The notes under the pieces: generated by a model | Seen by the model: the letters and a program-made list of their open reading frames with translations, nothing else | The model's database searches: none | What the model was told of the DNA's origin: nothing | Program-made: the position numbers and the translations under genes | Shown here: piece after piece, positions 26,976-40,859 of the stretch | How positions within the stretch are numbered: position 1 is the first letter of the stretch | Layout: each line of letters opens with the position of its first letter | Assembly: GCA_951406725.2 (NCBI GenBank) | Contig: OX597816.1 | Location: 59,334,001 to 59,398,000, forward strand | DNA: 64,000 nt | Direction of reading: 5' to 3' | Source: Octopus vulgaris | Lineage: Eukaryota

Positions 26976-29900
26976 AGATGAGGGAATTTAAACCTAAGCT
27001 ATAAATGATTTTATCATCCAATTTATAAAAATAAAGAAACATAATATTCATCTCAATTCAATTGACATGGCAATCCATGAAGACACCCACCCCTGAATTG
27101 AGGGGCTTGCTAGTAACACCTTGTTCCTTTATATACATCAGCTGCAACTTTTAACAGTGATAGAGATATGAAGTTCATCTGGACTAAAAAAGCTACTAAC
27201 ATTTACCATAAGTACAGTGTCAACACAATCCCCAACACTGATGAAAAAAAAAGAACAGAGTTCAGAATTTGCTTCAAGTGTAAAGTGCTTAAAATTCTCT
27301 GAGGTAATATGTGCTGCTCTGGAACTAAGAAACCAAGCTCACTTCCACAATAGAGCTCCAGCCACCTACTTTTGGGAGCTAGTCTATGTTGAAAAAGAGA
27401 TGGTATCTCCACCAAAGAGGAAGAAGCATGAATAGAAGAAAGGAAATAGAGAAAAGCTAACAGATAGCATTTATGTAAATCCAAGCCTTAAATTATTTAG
27501 GCCATACACACTGTTCAAGGGATTTCAAAACATGTTTAACATTCTCCAAACTTTTGAGCTTCATAAAAATGAAGTCATCAAAAATTGCCAAAATAACGAG
27601 AATCTAAATGAGGGACTAACCATATGAATGTATGCTTAGTATCTTAGAAAGAAAAGTGAGCTGAAAAGCAAGATAAGGAATTGGGTCTCCAAAGGAACAT
27701 CATGATGGAGGAGAAAGTAAATAAAAGCTATGTAGAAATACCTAAATTAATCTTGAAAAGTTTTCTAAAATAACTACTAAATAAGTATTTAAAATATTTT
27801 CTTGATAATTACAATGATGACCAGGAAATTTAAATTATTGGTTTCAAATTTTGGCACAGGGCCAACAATTTTGAGTGAGTGAGTAAGTCAATTACATCGA
27901 CCCTGAAAGAATTAAAGGCAAAGTTGACCTCAGCAGAATTTGAACTTGGAACATAAAGATGGACAAAATGCTATTAAACATTTTATGAAACATGCTAACA
28001 ATTCAGCTAGTTCACTGTCTTAAAAGAAATTCAAATTATAAATTTCAAAGTTTGATACAAGGCCAGCAATTTCGTGGGAGGGAGGGAGTCAATTACATCG
28101 ACCCCAGTGCTCAACTAGTACTAATTTTATCAGCTCTGAAAAGATGAAAGGCAAAGTTGATTTCAATGGAATTTGAACTCAAAAACATAAAGGCAGACGA
28201 AATGCCACTAATAATTTTGAGAAATTAAAATTATTAACAATTAATTTTATCACTGGGAAATTGGCATAACTATCCGAGGTCCAACCCATGCCAGTATGGA
28301 AAGTAGATGTTAAATGATGATGATGATGATCCAAAACCATTTTATTTTATAAGAAATATTAGAGACATGATTTGGTTTGTCTTTTTAATCAAATACATTT
28401 ATTTTTACATATACCATTGAAAAATGTATGCTCTTTACACTCTTGGGTTATATAAACTCTAGAAATGTATAGTCACAAATATGAAGTGAGGATAGTTATC
28501 TTTAAAGCCAGGAAACAAAATACTGTCTTAAGACAAGATATTATTGTGCATTGAATCTAGAATTCAAGAACTAAAAGCAAGACACACCAACATAATTTCT
28601 TGACAGTAGCAGCAACCTTCAAGGAAAAACCAAAAATAATCAGATATTAATTTTATTTGACATGAAATTATTGCTTTTAGCTCCCCATTTATCAACCACA
28701 GCCTAAAGTGATTCAAGGTCACACCAGATTGTTGTCTACAGAAATGTTAAGACAATAAACCCATTGAAGAGTACAATAAGACACCAGATAACAATACAAC
28801 AGATTTAGAACTGGAAATCAGCCTATCTTGACAAACATTTACAAATAAAACACCTTCCAAAAAATAATTTAAGATAATATGTTACTGTTATTTAGTTTCA
28901 AGTCAACCCAGATCAATCAAACCTATGATCAATGCAGTCCAACCATGACCATCCTGTCTTTTTCATATATTCAGAAAAAAAAACAGGATTACATAATCCA
29001 ACATCTCAAACCATCTATCACTCTCTTCTCACAATCCAATCCACACCCATCCCCAATTCTTTGTCCATGTTTTATCATATACTTACCTTCTTGTATCTTG
29101 TGAGTATGTTTTGACACCTCATCACCACCATCATTGTCTTCTTTCCAGCTACTCTCACCCACCCATATATAATGCCAGGTAGCTATGTATTTCCTTTTAA
29201 GAAAAATACCAGTGCCTATCCTTCTATCATACTTTAGCTTCTAAACACCTGGCATAAACCACCTCCCACTCTGTTACAACTCCACTCAGTTGAGAGAGTC
29301 TCTTTTTGTCTTGCAAGTTATTTTGGCTACCTCACTGCTGCAGATGTTACAAAAAAAGCACCCAGTACACTCTGTAAATTGGTTGGCATTAGGAAGGGCA
29401 TCCAACTATATACCAAGACAGACATTGGAGCTCGATACAGTCCTCCAGCTCATTGTCCAACTCATACCAGCATGGAAGAAATACATTAACTGATGATGAT
29501 GATGATGATGATGATAATTACACACACATACAAAATCAAGATTCACAGTTTCACAACCACCTCTATCCCTTGTAGCTAATTTAACTCATGACCCATGCCA
29601 GCTTCTGTGAAGCCCAACATTCAAAGATCAAGCTTCACCACCTCATCCCTCATCTCCATGAAGCCCAAATTTGAAGATCATGCTACCAGCAATGGCCACA
29701 ATGCATATGTATGCATACATACACATGCACACATACATATGTAAAAATAATGGAGTCTTCTGATTGGGCAAAATTACCAAAAAGTTCAACCTTTAAAGGC
29801 TTGTAGCTTTTATATTACTAATTTCTCAAAAGATGGATGTGATTTTTGTAAGTAGTATGTAAAACAATATCAGCATAGAAAATTTCAAAAGAATTAGTTA

Positions 29901-30382
29901 CAATGATTTAAACAGAATAGGTCCTATTTCTTTTATATCCAGAAATCTGGTAATTGCTAATCTTGTATCAATGTCTGTTCTTATTTGACTATTGGTGATA
30001 GATGTATTCATGATGAAAAGAAACCGAAAGTAATGGAGGTTTTATATCTTAGTCATTTTTATTTGATTTGTTACTTATTTTATTCACAATTAGATTCTCT
30101 TGCCACATTTTCTAACAAATTTTTTGAAAAATTTTCTTGACTTAGTTACTTAGACTTTTGATTACATAAGTTTTAAACATTCTTTTCACTATTTTATAGC
30201 ACTCAATAGCTTTCTCTTAAAATTTTAGTGTTTTTTTACTTTTGCATGTTTGTTTTTGGTGCACTTTATATAAATATAAAGCTTCATGGATTTTGTTGTA
30301 TCAGGTGAGGTCCTTCTGTCAATAATAAACATATGCACCTAACTCAGAACTAATCAAGTAATTAATATAGGAAATGTCATAT

Positions 30383-30494
<112 letters not shown>

Positions 30495-31216
30495 TGCTGA
30501 TGAAATCACTTAAGTTGTAATGTCTATGTTGCATATGGGAGATGCATGGACACAAAAGATTAGGCAGGTATCATCAATGCAATCTTTATACACAATATGT
30601 CTAAAAAAAGATATTTGCTGGATCAGAATTCATCTGGGGTTAAACAACACATTCTACACAATCACCTCCCAGTTCTTTAACATAAATATTCTACACCACT
30701 AAATAGTATATATATCATTCAATAAAAATATAACAATAGAGATCTGAATTTAAATATTACAGCATTAAAACTGACATGACAGGAAGCATAGTAAAGTGTA
30801 TCGGTAATTTATCCAATTTCCTATCTCTCACTTCCCTAGAAGACAATTTCAGCTGAATATTGAAAACTATAAAAAGAAAAGCCTAGACTTAACATATAGA
30901 CTCTGAGAAGACAGATGAAACATTGACATATACAGGATTTTATATTAAATCCATTCAAATCTCCTATACCTGTTTGATCCTTTCGCATCATTAATAAACT
31001 CACACTTTAATTACTCCCAAAAGAAAAGAACCTTCGCACACAAAAGTATAAACACATTCTCTCCTTCTCCCTTTCTCTATCTCTCTTAACCTGAAGAGAA
31101 ATCTCCCTTCCCAAACTTCCACATGGTCACATGGGCTGATAAAAGATGGGCACTTTTTCATATCAACAAACAGGAGAATTTTAATTTATGAAGAGAAAAT
31201 GAAATAGCAAATATTT

Positions 31217-31999
31217 GGATCTTTTCCTTTTGAACGGCAGATGTCAACACAATTTCTAGTTAACTAAACACTTTTAAACTTCATATACTGGTATAATGTG
31301 TTTATAAAACATCATTTTCTCTTGGTTTTATTGAGAAAATTCTATAGTTTGTAAGATATTTCGTCTGAAAATCCGAGCATTTCAGCAATTTTAACCAATC
31401 AATTACCTCCATTTAGGTAAACAACATTTGCTGCGTCTAAAACCGAGACAACATCCTGTAACTAACCCTAATCCTAACTCTAAATTTCTTTTTCTTAATT
31501 GTTAAATTAATTTAATTGCTACGCGTGTAAAAAAAACTAAAGCAATGGAAAATAATTTAAACAATTAACATACAAAATAATTCTATAATTTTATACACAT
31601 GCTTTCCGTATATGTACGGAAAGCATGTGTATAAAATTATAGAATTATTGTGTATGTTAATTGTTTAAATTATTTTCCATTGCTTTAGTTTTTTTTACAC
31701 GCGTAGCAATTAAATTAATTTAACAATTAAGAAAAAAAATTTAGGGTTAGGGTTGAGGGGATTAGGGTTAGTTACAGGATGTTGTCTCGGTTTTAAACGC
31801 AGCAAATGATTTTAGCTCAAAAGAGAGCATAGGATTGGATAAAATTCGAAAAATTAAACCACGTTAAACAAACAAATTACAAGTTTCTCAAGAAAGCCAA
31901 GAGAAAAAAATGTTTTATTTTAATACATTCTACCAGTATATGAAGTTTTAAAGTGTTTAGTTTACTAGAAATTGTCTGCCGTTCAAAAGGAAAAGATCC
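31217..31999. mobile_element. Fully palindromic foldback DNA element (783 bp) with 8-bp TSD
   Basis: GGATCTTTTCCTTTTGAACGGCAG...CTGCCGTTCAAAAGGAAAAGATCC termini; arms meet at gctttccgta-tatg-tacggaaagc (31601-31624). TSD aaatattt at 31209-31216 and 32000-32007; the empty site is visible in the paralogous copy at 32786-32793. Confidence 0.9.
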
Positions 32000-32163
32000 A
32001 AATATTTAGATACAGGACCAGTGAAATTTTTTCTATTGAATATTTCAAATTGATTGGCTGAATTGTCTCCCTTTCTCTATCTCTCTTAACCTGAAGAGAA
32101 ATCTCCCTTCCCAAACTTCCACATGGTCACATGGGCTGATAAAAGATGGGCACTTCTTCATAT

Positions 32164-32736
32164 TGTAGTGGATGTGTGGATGTATTAATAAATACATAAG
32201 TTGTTTTGTAATAAATTAGAGATTTATTTTCACTACATCAATTTGTAAGTAATGCTACACATTGCTTGTACAAAAATGCATATTAAATAATGCTTGCAAA
32301 GAATAAATATTAAAGAAATGCATAATACATGATACATATTAAAGAAGAATATGTTTGATGGTGTGTGAGTAAATCATGCAGGACAGTCACCTTTATGAAT
32401 ATTCTCTCGTCATCTCCTGAAATGCGTGACGTTCATTTAGGCGTCGGTTCTGGTTCTCTCTAGATACCGATTTTTCCGTTCTATTTATAAAATCTCAAAT
32501 AGCCAGAAAAATAGATATATCGCAAGAGAGTTATCGTTAAAGTAGGTCACTGGTCGTTCAGTTAAACTTCGCCTGACCTGGCTCAGGTCAGAGGTCGAAG
32601 GGAGACGATCCATCACTTTTTGTCAGAACAAAGAAATTCTGATTTCGCGCCTTTTTATGCATTGGTATTTGCCGACCAATGATTCTTGGGTTTGATTTTG
32701 AATCCAAGCTTAGAGAAGGAAGTGCTAATTCTTACA
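32164..32736 (-). mobile_element. Solo LTR (573 bp), 4-bp TSD, probably Gypsy-type
   Basis: TGTAG...CTTACA termini, flanked by atat at 32160-32163 and 32737-32740. The paralogous empty site cactttttcATATcaacaaac lies at about 31151-31171. Minus-strand TATAAATAG near 32481-32489 and AATAAA near 32223-32228. Confidence 0.75.
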
Positions 32737-33284
32737 ATATCAACAAACAGGAGAATTTTAATTTATGAAGAGGAAATGAAATAGCAAATATTTAGATAGA
32801 CAACCAGTGAAATTTTTTCTAGTGAATATTTCAAATCGATTGGCTGAATTGTCAGAGCATTGGACAAAATGCTTTGTGGTAATGGTTCTAGGTCTTTATG
32901 TTTTGTATTCACATCCTGCTGGGATCAATTTTACCTTTCCTTTTCCTAATTTGCCGTGGGAAAATATGTTGGTTTATAATAGTAATTTCTTTCAACAAAT
33001 ATTTTGCTACACAACAATAGGTATTCATCTGCAGGATAGGAATCTTCAATGAGTTTCAAATTTTCATCACAGCTCAAACAAGGCCAAAAGTAGTAATTTA
33101 TTTGCTGTTAATCATGGATTTTTTTATTAACATTTTTATGTACTTGGACAGTTAATATCCATGCTTTTCTCCTGTTAACCATACATGTAATCACAAAATA
33201 TTTCATAAATCCAACTGAAATAATGGAAACATCATCCTATGTACTTTACAATATCTATTTGGCTCTACTGTTCAGGTTGCTTCT

Positions 33285-34946
33285 CATCATCATCATCATC
33301 ATCATCATCATTTAACGTCCGCTTTCCATGCTAGCATGGGTTGGATGGTTTGACTGAGGGCTGGGAAACCAAATGGCTACACCAGGCTCCAGTCTTGATC
33401 TGGCAGAGTTTCTACAGCTGGATGCCCTTCCTAATGCCAACCACTCCGAGAGTGTAGTGGGTGCTTTTATATGCCACCGGCATGGGGGCCAGTCAGGCAG
33501 TGCTGGCAACGACCTCGCTTGAATCTTTTTACACATACCAACGGCACAGGTGCCAGTAAGGTGATGCTGGTAACGATGCTGCTCGAATGGTGCCTCTTAC
33601 AGAAGCCAGTTAGCCACTCTGACAATGATCATGCTCAGATGGTGCTCTTAGCACCCTACTAGCATGGGGCACAAGTGCCAGTAAGGCGAAGCTGGTAACG
33701 ATCACACTTGAATGGTGCCTTTTATGTGCCACTGGCACAAAAGCTGGTTGGCCGCTCTGTCAATGATCACACTCGTATGGTGCTCATGCCCGTCATCGAA
33801 TTTCACTAAGATTTTGATTTTGATTTCGATTGCACTTGCCTCAACAGGTCTTCGCAAGCAGAGTTTAGTGTCCAAAGAAGGAAAAGGTATGCACAAGTGG
33901 GCTGCCCCTGGCATAGGCCACGAGGTTATGGTCTCATTTGGCTTGCCGGGTCTTCTCAAGCACAGCATATTTCCAAAGGTCTCGGTCACTAGTCATTTCC
34001 TTGGTGAGGCCTAAAGTTCGAAGGTTATGCTTCACCACTTCATCCCAGGTCTTCCTGGTTCTACCTCTTCCACAGGTTCCCTCAACTGCTAGGGATTGGC
34101 ACTTTTTCACACAGCTATCCTCATCCATTCTTGCTGCATGTCCATACCAGCACAGTCATCTCTCTTGCACACCACATCTGATGCTTCTTAGGTTCAACTT
34201 TTCTCTCAAGGTACTTACGCTCCGTCGAGTATGCACACATCCATCGGATCATACTGGCTTCATTCCTTGTGAGCTTACGCATGACCTCATCAGTCACAGC
34301 CCATGTTTCTCTGCCATGTAGCATGGCTGTTTGTACACATGTGTCATACAGTCTACCTTTTACTCTGAGTGAGAGGCCCTTTGTCACCAGCAGAGGTAAG
34401 AGCTCTCTGAACTTTGCCCAAGCTATTCTTATTCTAGCACCTACTCTTTCAGAGTACCCTCCCCCGCTACTGACTTGGTTACCCAGGTAACGGAAGCTAT
34501 CAACTACTTCTAGTTTTTCTCCCTGGAATGTGGAGGAAGTTGTTCTCTGCACATTTTCAGTGTTTATTGCTCCCGAGCATCTGCCACATATGAAAACTAT
34601 CTTCCCAGTTAGCCTCCCTTTGATATTACTGCACCTCTTATGTGTCCATAGCTTACACTGGGTACATCTTATAGAGTTTCTACCTACACCTCTACTACAG
34701 ATCGAGCAGAGCCATCTACCTGAAGGGATTTGTGGTTTGCCTGCCTTACTACTTATTAGGACTTCGGTTTTAGCTAGGTTGACTCTAAGGCCCTTCGATT
34801 CTAATCCTTGTTTCCACACTTGAAACCTCCTCTAGTTCTGATAGTGACTCAGCAATTAGAGCAAGGTCATCAGCATCCTGTCTTGAATTCCTCCATTATT
34901 GCCTTGAGCACTATGATAAATAGGAGGGGGCTGAGGACTGAACCTT
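33285..34946 (-). pseudogene. 5'-truncated RTE (BovB-like) LINE with Cys-rich insert, repetitive 3'UTR and (ATG)n tail
   Basis: GLRVNLAKTEVL...EVVDSFRYLG...GRGRTRKTWDEVVKHNL; 3'UTR built from ~60-70 bp subrepeats; (cat)n at 33285. Confidence 0.92.
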
Positions 34947-35149
34947 CTATTAATGAATATTTTTGTTGAACCTTGGTAGAGGCTGAGGACTGAACTTTCT
35001 ATTAATGAATATTTTTGTTGAACCTTGGTGGAGGCTGAGGACTGAACCTTCTATTAATGAATATTTTTGTTCCTTAATAGTTTCATTTACAAAGAGAAAA
35101 TTAAAGGAGATTCTGAGAATGAAAGAGTGTCAAAAGGTAACCATGAGAT

Positions 35150-35890
35150 GTTTAACAGCATCCAAAGCTGATTTTGGATAAGATTCTCTCCTGAGTAACA
35201 TTCAAAATAATGTCTCCTTCCATCTCCATCTGTTCAGATCTGTTTGTAATTATTGTTCCACATTTGGTTAATGGTGCCATTTTCTTCATGCTTGAACTAA
35301 TAACTTTCGCTTTATATATACCACAGTACATCCTGAAGATGCCAGTATCTGAGTTGCAGACATTGAGCCAGTAGTAATTAATCACCATTCAATGACAATA
35401 GCAACATCAGCTACAGAAAAAGCAAGAAACCAGTACTCATCATCAAGTGCTAGAATGTTTGGATGATGACAAACATATGAAAAGAACCTTCAAGCCATCC
35501 ATGACATTCACAACAAGCACACACACATGCACATACACACCAAACACACACACACACATGAATAATTCTCATCTAGTATTGCAAATCCTCCAAAACCATC
35601 AAGGTAATGGAAAACATTTCCATGCATCACACAGTCTTCAATCTTTCATACATTCCAAAAGGCAGCTGGTCCCTTGCCAAAAGGCTCCCAATCAATGTCA
35701 TATAATTTTCTTTTCTTCCACCTGTCAGCCATGGTGACTCAGTAAGACATACTCATGTGGAAAAAGCCTCTATATTTGCCATTTGATTCACACTGAGGTC
35801 AAGCCCGTCGACAGACTTTGGTGCTTGAGGGTGCTTCAGAATGTTCTTGTTGGGTACTAACTTGTAATAATGCTAAAGTAGTGTTTCCAA
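35150..35890 (-). pseudogene. Old, highly degenerate RTE LINE fragments
   Basis: GIYKAK...KKMAPLTKCGTIITNRSEQME resembles the RTE ORF linker; AP-endonuclease-like traces further right. Recognition only. Confidence 0.45.
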
Positions 35891-36130
35891 AATAAGTGTA
35901 TCAGTGTGAATTAGAGCGTAGACCATTTAATAGTGAGGGGGCATCACACACAACACACTGCTAAGCTAGTCCCTATCCACACCAAATTCTCTCTCCACAC
36001 AGATATGTCTTAATCATTAGAAACAAGCTACATTGAATCCCATTCCCAAGAATGACAACCTTCTGCTCCTGCAGATGATAGTTTATGAATTTGTTTTGCA
36101 AGATTCCTGATATGAAATTGTGTGTTGAAA

Positions 36131-36600
36131 CAGATATTGTTATATTTCGGGTTGGTCATTTTTTTGTTCTTTCAAACCAAATAAACACATGGACTCGTTC
36201 TTCATTCATTTATTATTGTTCTTATTTTATCTTACATCCACTGTCTGGAAATCTTTCATCACACATCTGTGACCTCTTTGGCGACTCTTCCATCCTACAT
36301 GTATCCCTCTGTTCCATTTAGTCCATTCTGTCTTTCTATGATGTGTATCGCACTACTCTCTCTCTCTCTCACACACACACGCACAGGTAAGAATACACAT
36401 TATAGAAAAACTGAATGGACAAAACAGAATAGGAGAATACACGTGGGATGGAAGAGTTCTTGAAGAGGTCACAGATGTGCGATGAAAGATTTCTTGATAA
36501 GATAAAATAAGAACAACAATAAATGAGTGAAGAACGAACATATAGTGTGTGTGTTTATATGGCTAGAAAAAACATGACCATACCAAAATATAATAATACC
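36131..36600. repeat. Head-to-head inverted repeat (~210-bp arms), probably a Penelope-type terminal repeat pair
   Basis: 36131-36349 is the diverged reverse complement of 36393-36600, with a (CT)n(CA)n spacer. Confidence 0.75.
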
Positions 36601-39600
36601 ATTCTATTATACTTCTAATATTTCAAAGGTGACAGAAACAGCCATAAACAGCCTTCTTCATCAACCTCAAATCTCTCTCCTCCTAAAGAGTTAACAAGAC
36701 GACTTCTGTCAAGCTAAAGAGGTCATTCAAATGAAAAAAAAAATAACATAACAGAGAAGTTACGCAAAAATTCAACAGTTCAATTTTTTGGCTAATGTTT
36801 ACTTTAGCACCCGGCCACCAAAACAAATAAAACAAATGTAATAGATGTAAAAAAACATGTATTAAACAATTATGAAAACAAAAATTTGCACCAATAAACC
36901 GGGGGTGGGGAGATGACTTTCAGAAAATTCACCCAATCTGATTTTTTCCCTTGTAACTTTTAGGAAAAAGGATATCTTTTAATGAAATCTTATATAAATA
37001 CCTTTCAAATGGCATAGATTACGATTATAAAGAAACTTGTGGGAGAAAGTTTTTTTCTGAGGGGTTGGAGAGAGGACTTTTGGAGAATTCACATGATTCG
37101 ATTTTTTCCCTCACAACCTTTAGGAAAATGGATATCTTTTAATGAAAAAGTTTCCTTAAATTTGTGGGGAAAATTTTTTTCCAAGGGGGTGGGGAGAGGA
37201 CTTTCAAAGAGAAAGAAATTCATAAATTTTTTTTTTGCTTGAGTGTAATGGTAAAAAGTTTGGAAAAAATTGGTGGGACTGACCCAAAATGGGACTTCAT
37301 CCATGTGTATCTGCGTGCATACATGTGCATGTGGGGTGGGGGCAGGGAAATGGAATGCACAAGAAAAACATTTGCGGAAATAAACTTGTGCAATGTTACA
37401 CCTCTGAATTTCTTTTTAATTGTGATAATGAATCGTGGGGTTTAGTCTACCAAAATTAATTTCCCTTGCATTTTCTCTTTTCCAATATTAAATTAAAAGA
37501 GAGAATATGTTGTTACCAATGACGTTAAAACTTTAGTAACTTGATCAATCTGTCATTGAACCAGGATTTTAATTTCATTTGATACACACTTTGCTATCAT
37601 TTGTATGGAGAATTGCAAGTGTGGCATATAAAGACAACTTATTCTAATAGAAATTTAATGAGTACATTTCCATAAATGTTTTTCTTGCGCACCACCACCA
37701 CCCCACACACACACATATGTACGCGGATATACATAGATTAAGTCGCATTTGGAAGTATGTTAAAGTTTTTTTATTATTTTGGAATGAAGAACATAAACAT
37801 AGGTGCTGAGTCAGTGACTAAACTTGTAGTATTTTGTTGGGATTAATCCAATGAATTGACAGCAAAATAATTGCTTCTATCACAATCATTTACCTTTAAA
37901 GCGCAAAAACAAAACCGAAGTATACGACAGGTATGTAAAATATATTTTGTGTACTTCTTTCTTTGTTCATTCAGATAAGCCATAGAAATTTGATATGTGC
38001 ACGTGCATGCACAAGTACAAAAATTCTCCAGACATTTAGCTGTTATCTTTGGCATATCGAGTTTTGTGGTGAGGGCTTCACATACGGTGGTCCTTTTGCT
38101 GTTTCACTATAAACCTACACATGTGGAAACGGACTAAACAGCCGTTCATTTTCACTTTTAGACAGCAGGATGGGGTGTGGATCAATTTTGGAGTTTTTTA
38201 TAAAAAATTTGAAATTAAAATTTGTGTTTTTGGTTAATGTTGACATTATTACCCAGAAACGAAATCGAAAAAAAAATATAGTGCAACGGGTGTAAAAAAA
38301 GGTGTAGAAAACAAATCTGAAAACAAAAATGTGCAGAGAACAATAGGAGTGGGGAGAGGCCTTCGGAAAATTCACAAGATCCGATGTTTTTCCCTCATAA
38401 CATTTAGGAAAATGGGTTTTTTCAATGAAATTTAATATAAATACCTTTCAAATGGTATAGATTACGATTATAGAGAAATTTGTGGGGAAAATCTTTTCTG
38501 ATGGGGTGGAGAGAGGCCTTCGGAAAACTCACAAGATCCGATGTTTTTTCCTTGTAACTTTGAGGAAAATGGATATCTTTCTACTTCACACCTACATAGG
38601 AAACGAACCTGAAAACAAAAATATGTGGAAAGCAATGAGGGGGGAGGGTGAGTACTTCAGAAAATTCACAAGATTCACAAGATCTGAGTTTTTCGCTCAT
38701 AACTTTGAGGAAAATGGATATCTGTAAATGAGATTGTATATAAATACCTTTTAAACAGCATGAATTACAGATGCTTAATGTGCCACAAACCCCTTATTTT
38801 TCTTTGGAAAGTGGGGTGGGGGACCGGAATTATTGGAAAACGTTTTTCTTTATTCAATGAATGAATTATGGTGACCTAATATGCTACAAAACACTTTTTT
38901 GTCTGGAAAACGGGGGCTGTTTCTTTCTTTAAAATTTCATTAAATTTTTTACAAATGCAACTTTATAAAAATTAGTGGTAATGAAGTCTGGACAAGAGAG
39001 AGAAAGAATGATACAAAATCATTATAAAAACCATGTTAATGCTTGTGTGTGTGTGAAACAAAGTATTATATTTATAAATATCTTTTACATACCTCTTAAA
39101 AATCACTGGCTTTCAAATGGTATCCAATGCTTTCACTTTCCATTAGCAATTTTTCGTGCCAAAACTTTAATCGGTAAACCAATACGATTCAATTTAGTGT
39201 GGAGAGAGGGAGAGAGAGAGACAGATCTTTCATGTAATATACTTTGTGTAGCTAAAACTTCCAATGGCATAGCAATGTCATGGGTCAAATGGAGCGAGTG
39301 AGTGATTTCATATATGTATGTGTGTGTGTATTATATATATATATATATATATAGTAGAAGTAAAGACCCAAACCCTTCAAAGGAATTTTAGCATCCAAGT
39401 TCCTGAGGAAAAGCCTAATTTGTGATTTCAAAAACTTGGATCTTGCGAATTTTCCAAAGTACTAACCCCACCCCCATTGCTTTCTGCACATTTTTGGTTT
39501 CAGATTAATTTCCTATGTCGATGTGAAGTAGAAAGATATCCATTTTCCTCAAAGTTACGAGGAGAAAAACATCGGATCTTGTGAATTTTCTGAAGTCCTC

Positions 39601-40297
39601 TCTCCACTCCCTCAGAAAAGATTTTTGCCACAAATTTCTTTATAATCGTAATCTATACAGTTTGAAAGGTATTTATATAAAATTTCATTAAATAAACCCA
39701 TTTTCCTAAATGTTGTGAGGGAAATTTCATTGGATCTTGTCAATTTTCCGAAGGCCTCTCCCTATCCCTATCCCCATTGCTCTCCACACATTTTTGTTTT
39801 CCCAACAGTAACCAGATTGGTTTTCTACACTTTTTTTTACACCCATTGCACTATTTGTTTTTTTCGATTTCATTTCCATGTAATAATGTCAACATTAACC
39901 ATTTCCCCCACCCCACCCCATTTTCTTAATCTGTATATTTCCAAGTAGATTGAAAAAACAGGGGCAAGACTTCCACCCATCCTCCCGCCCCAAAAAAACA
40001 CCCTTTAAAAAAAATTTTTTCGACACAAGCACCCCCACCTCCCGCTTTTCGGCTACAGGGAATACAAATCTGCAAAAAAATTGGCAAAAATCGGCATTTT
40101 TAAATTACCCCCCCCCCCCCCCCCCATTTCATTCATTTTTTTTTTTACGTTTTCAGATATATATTTTTTTCTAAATATGCGGAAACTTACGGAGATTATA
40201 ATTCTGAAAAAAATTTACAAAAATTTTTTTTTCTAAATATGCGGAGAAATTTCTTTATAATCGTAATCTATACAGTTTGAAAGGTATTTATATAAAA

Positions 40298-40803
40298 CTA
40301 GCAGTATCGCCCGGCGTTGCTCGGGTTTGTAAGGGAAATAACTATATAAGCATTTTTAGAGAGTTACTTCCCTTATAAATTCGGGCTTTCTTAGCCATTT
40401 TTGTTTTGGTGTCTTCAAGCCATGAAGTCGTTGTTCTAAAAGAACGCTGGTTTCCTTCACAACGCATTACGACATTGATTTCTTTACACTCCCTTCCCCA
40501 CAGCTTCACGAGGGAGGGAAGGGGGAGAAGCAAACAGGTGCAGCTGTGAGCGTGGACGCCAACTCCGCCGCCATCGACACACGATGCATTTTATGCATTA
40601 AAATGGAATAAAAAATGATGTTAAATTATTTTTAAAATCGTAGACTCATCGTTGACGCGCGCTAATAGTCAGACGGGCTCGATATGAATCACGACTATAA
40701 GATACCCGAATTTGGTTAAACTGCACAGCAAAATGTGGGAGGAGTTAGGAATCTAAATCGAAGGGGACAGACACTCACACAACTAGAGTTTTATATATAT
40801 AGA
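40298..40803 (-). mobile_element. Non-autonomous Helitron
   Basis: TC...hairpin-CTAG. Inserted at tatataaaa|tttcatt with no TSD; the uninterrupted site is present at about 39673-39688. Confidence 0.88.
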
Positions 40804-40859
40804 TTTCATTGAATAAACATTATGATTCAGACAAAAATTTCAAAACATTTCTGTAGTTA

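Noticed and set aside
34929-35071. Repeat-spacer-like array
   Set aside because: Units are near-identical along their whole length and are explained by LINE junction duplication.
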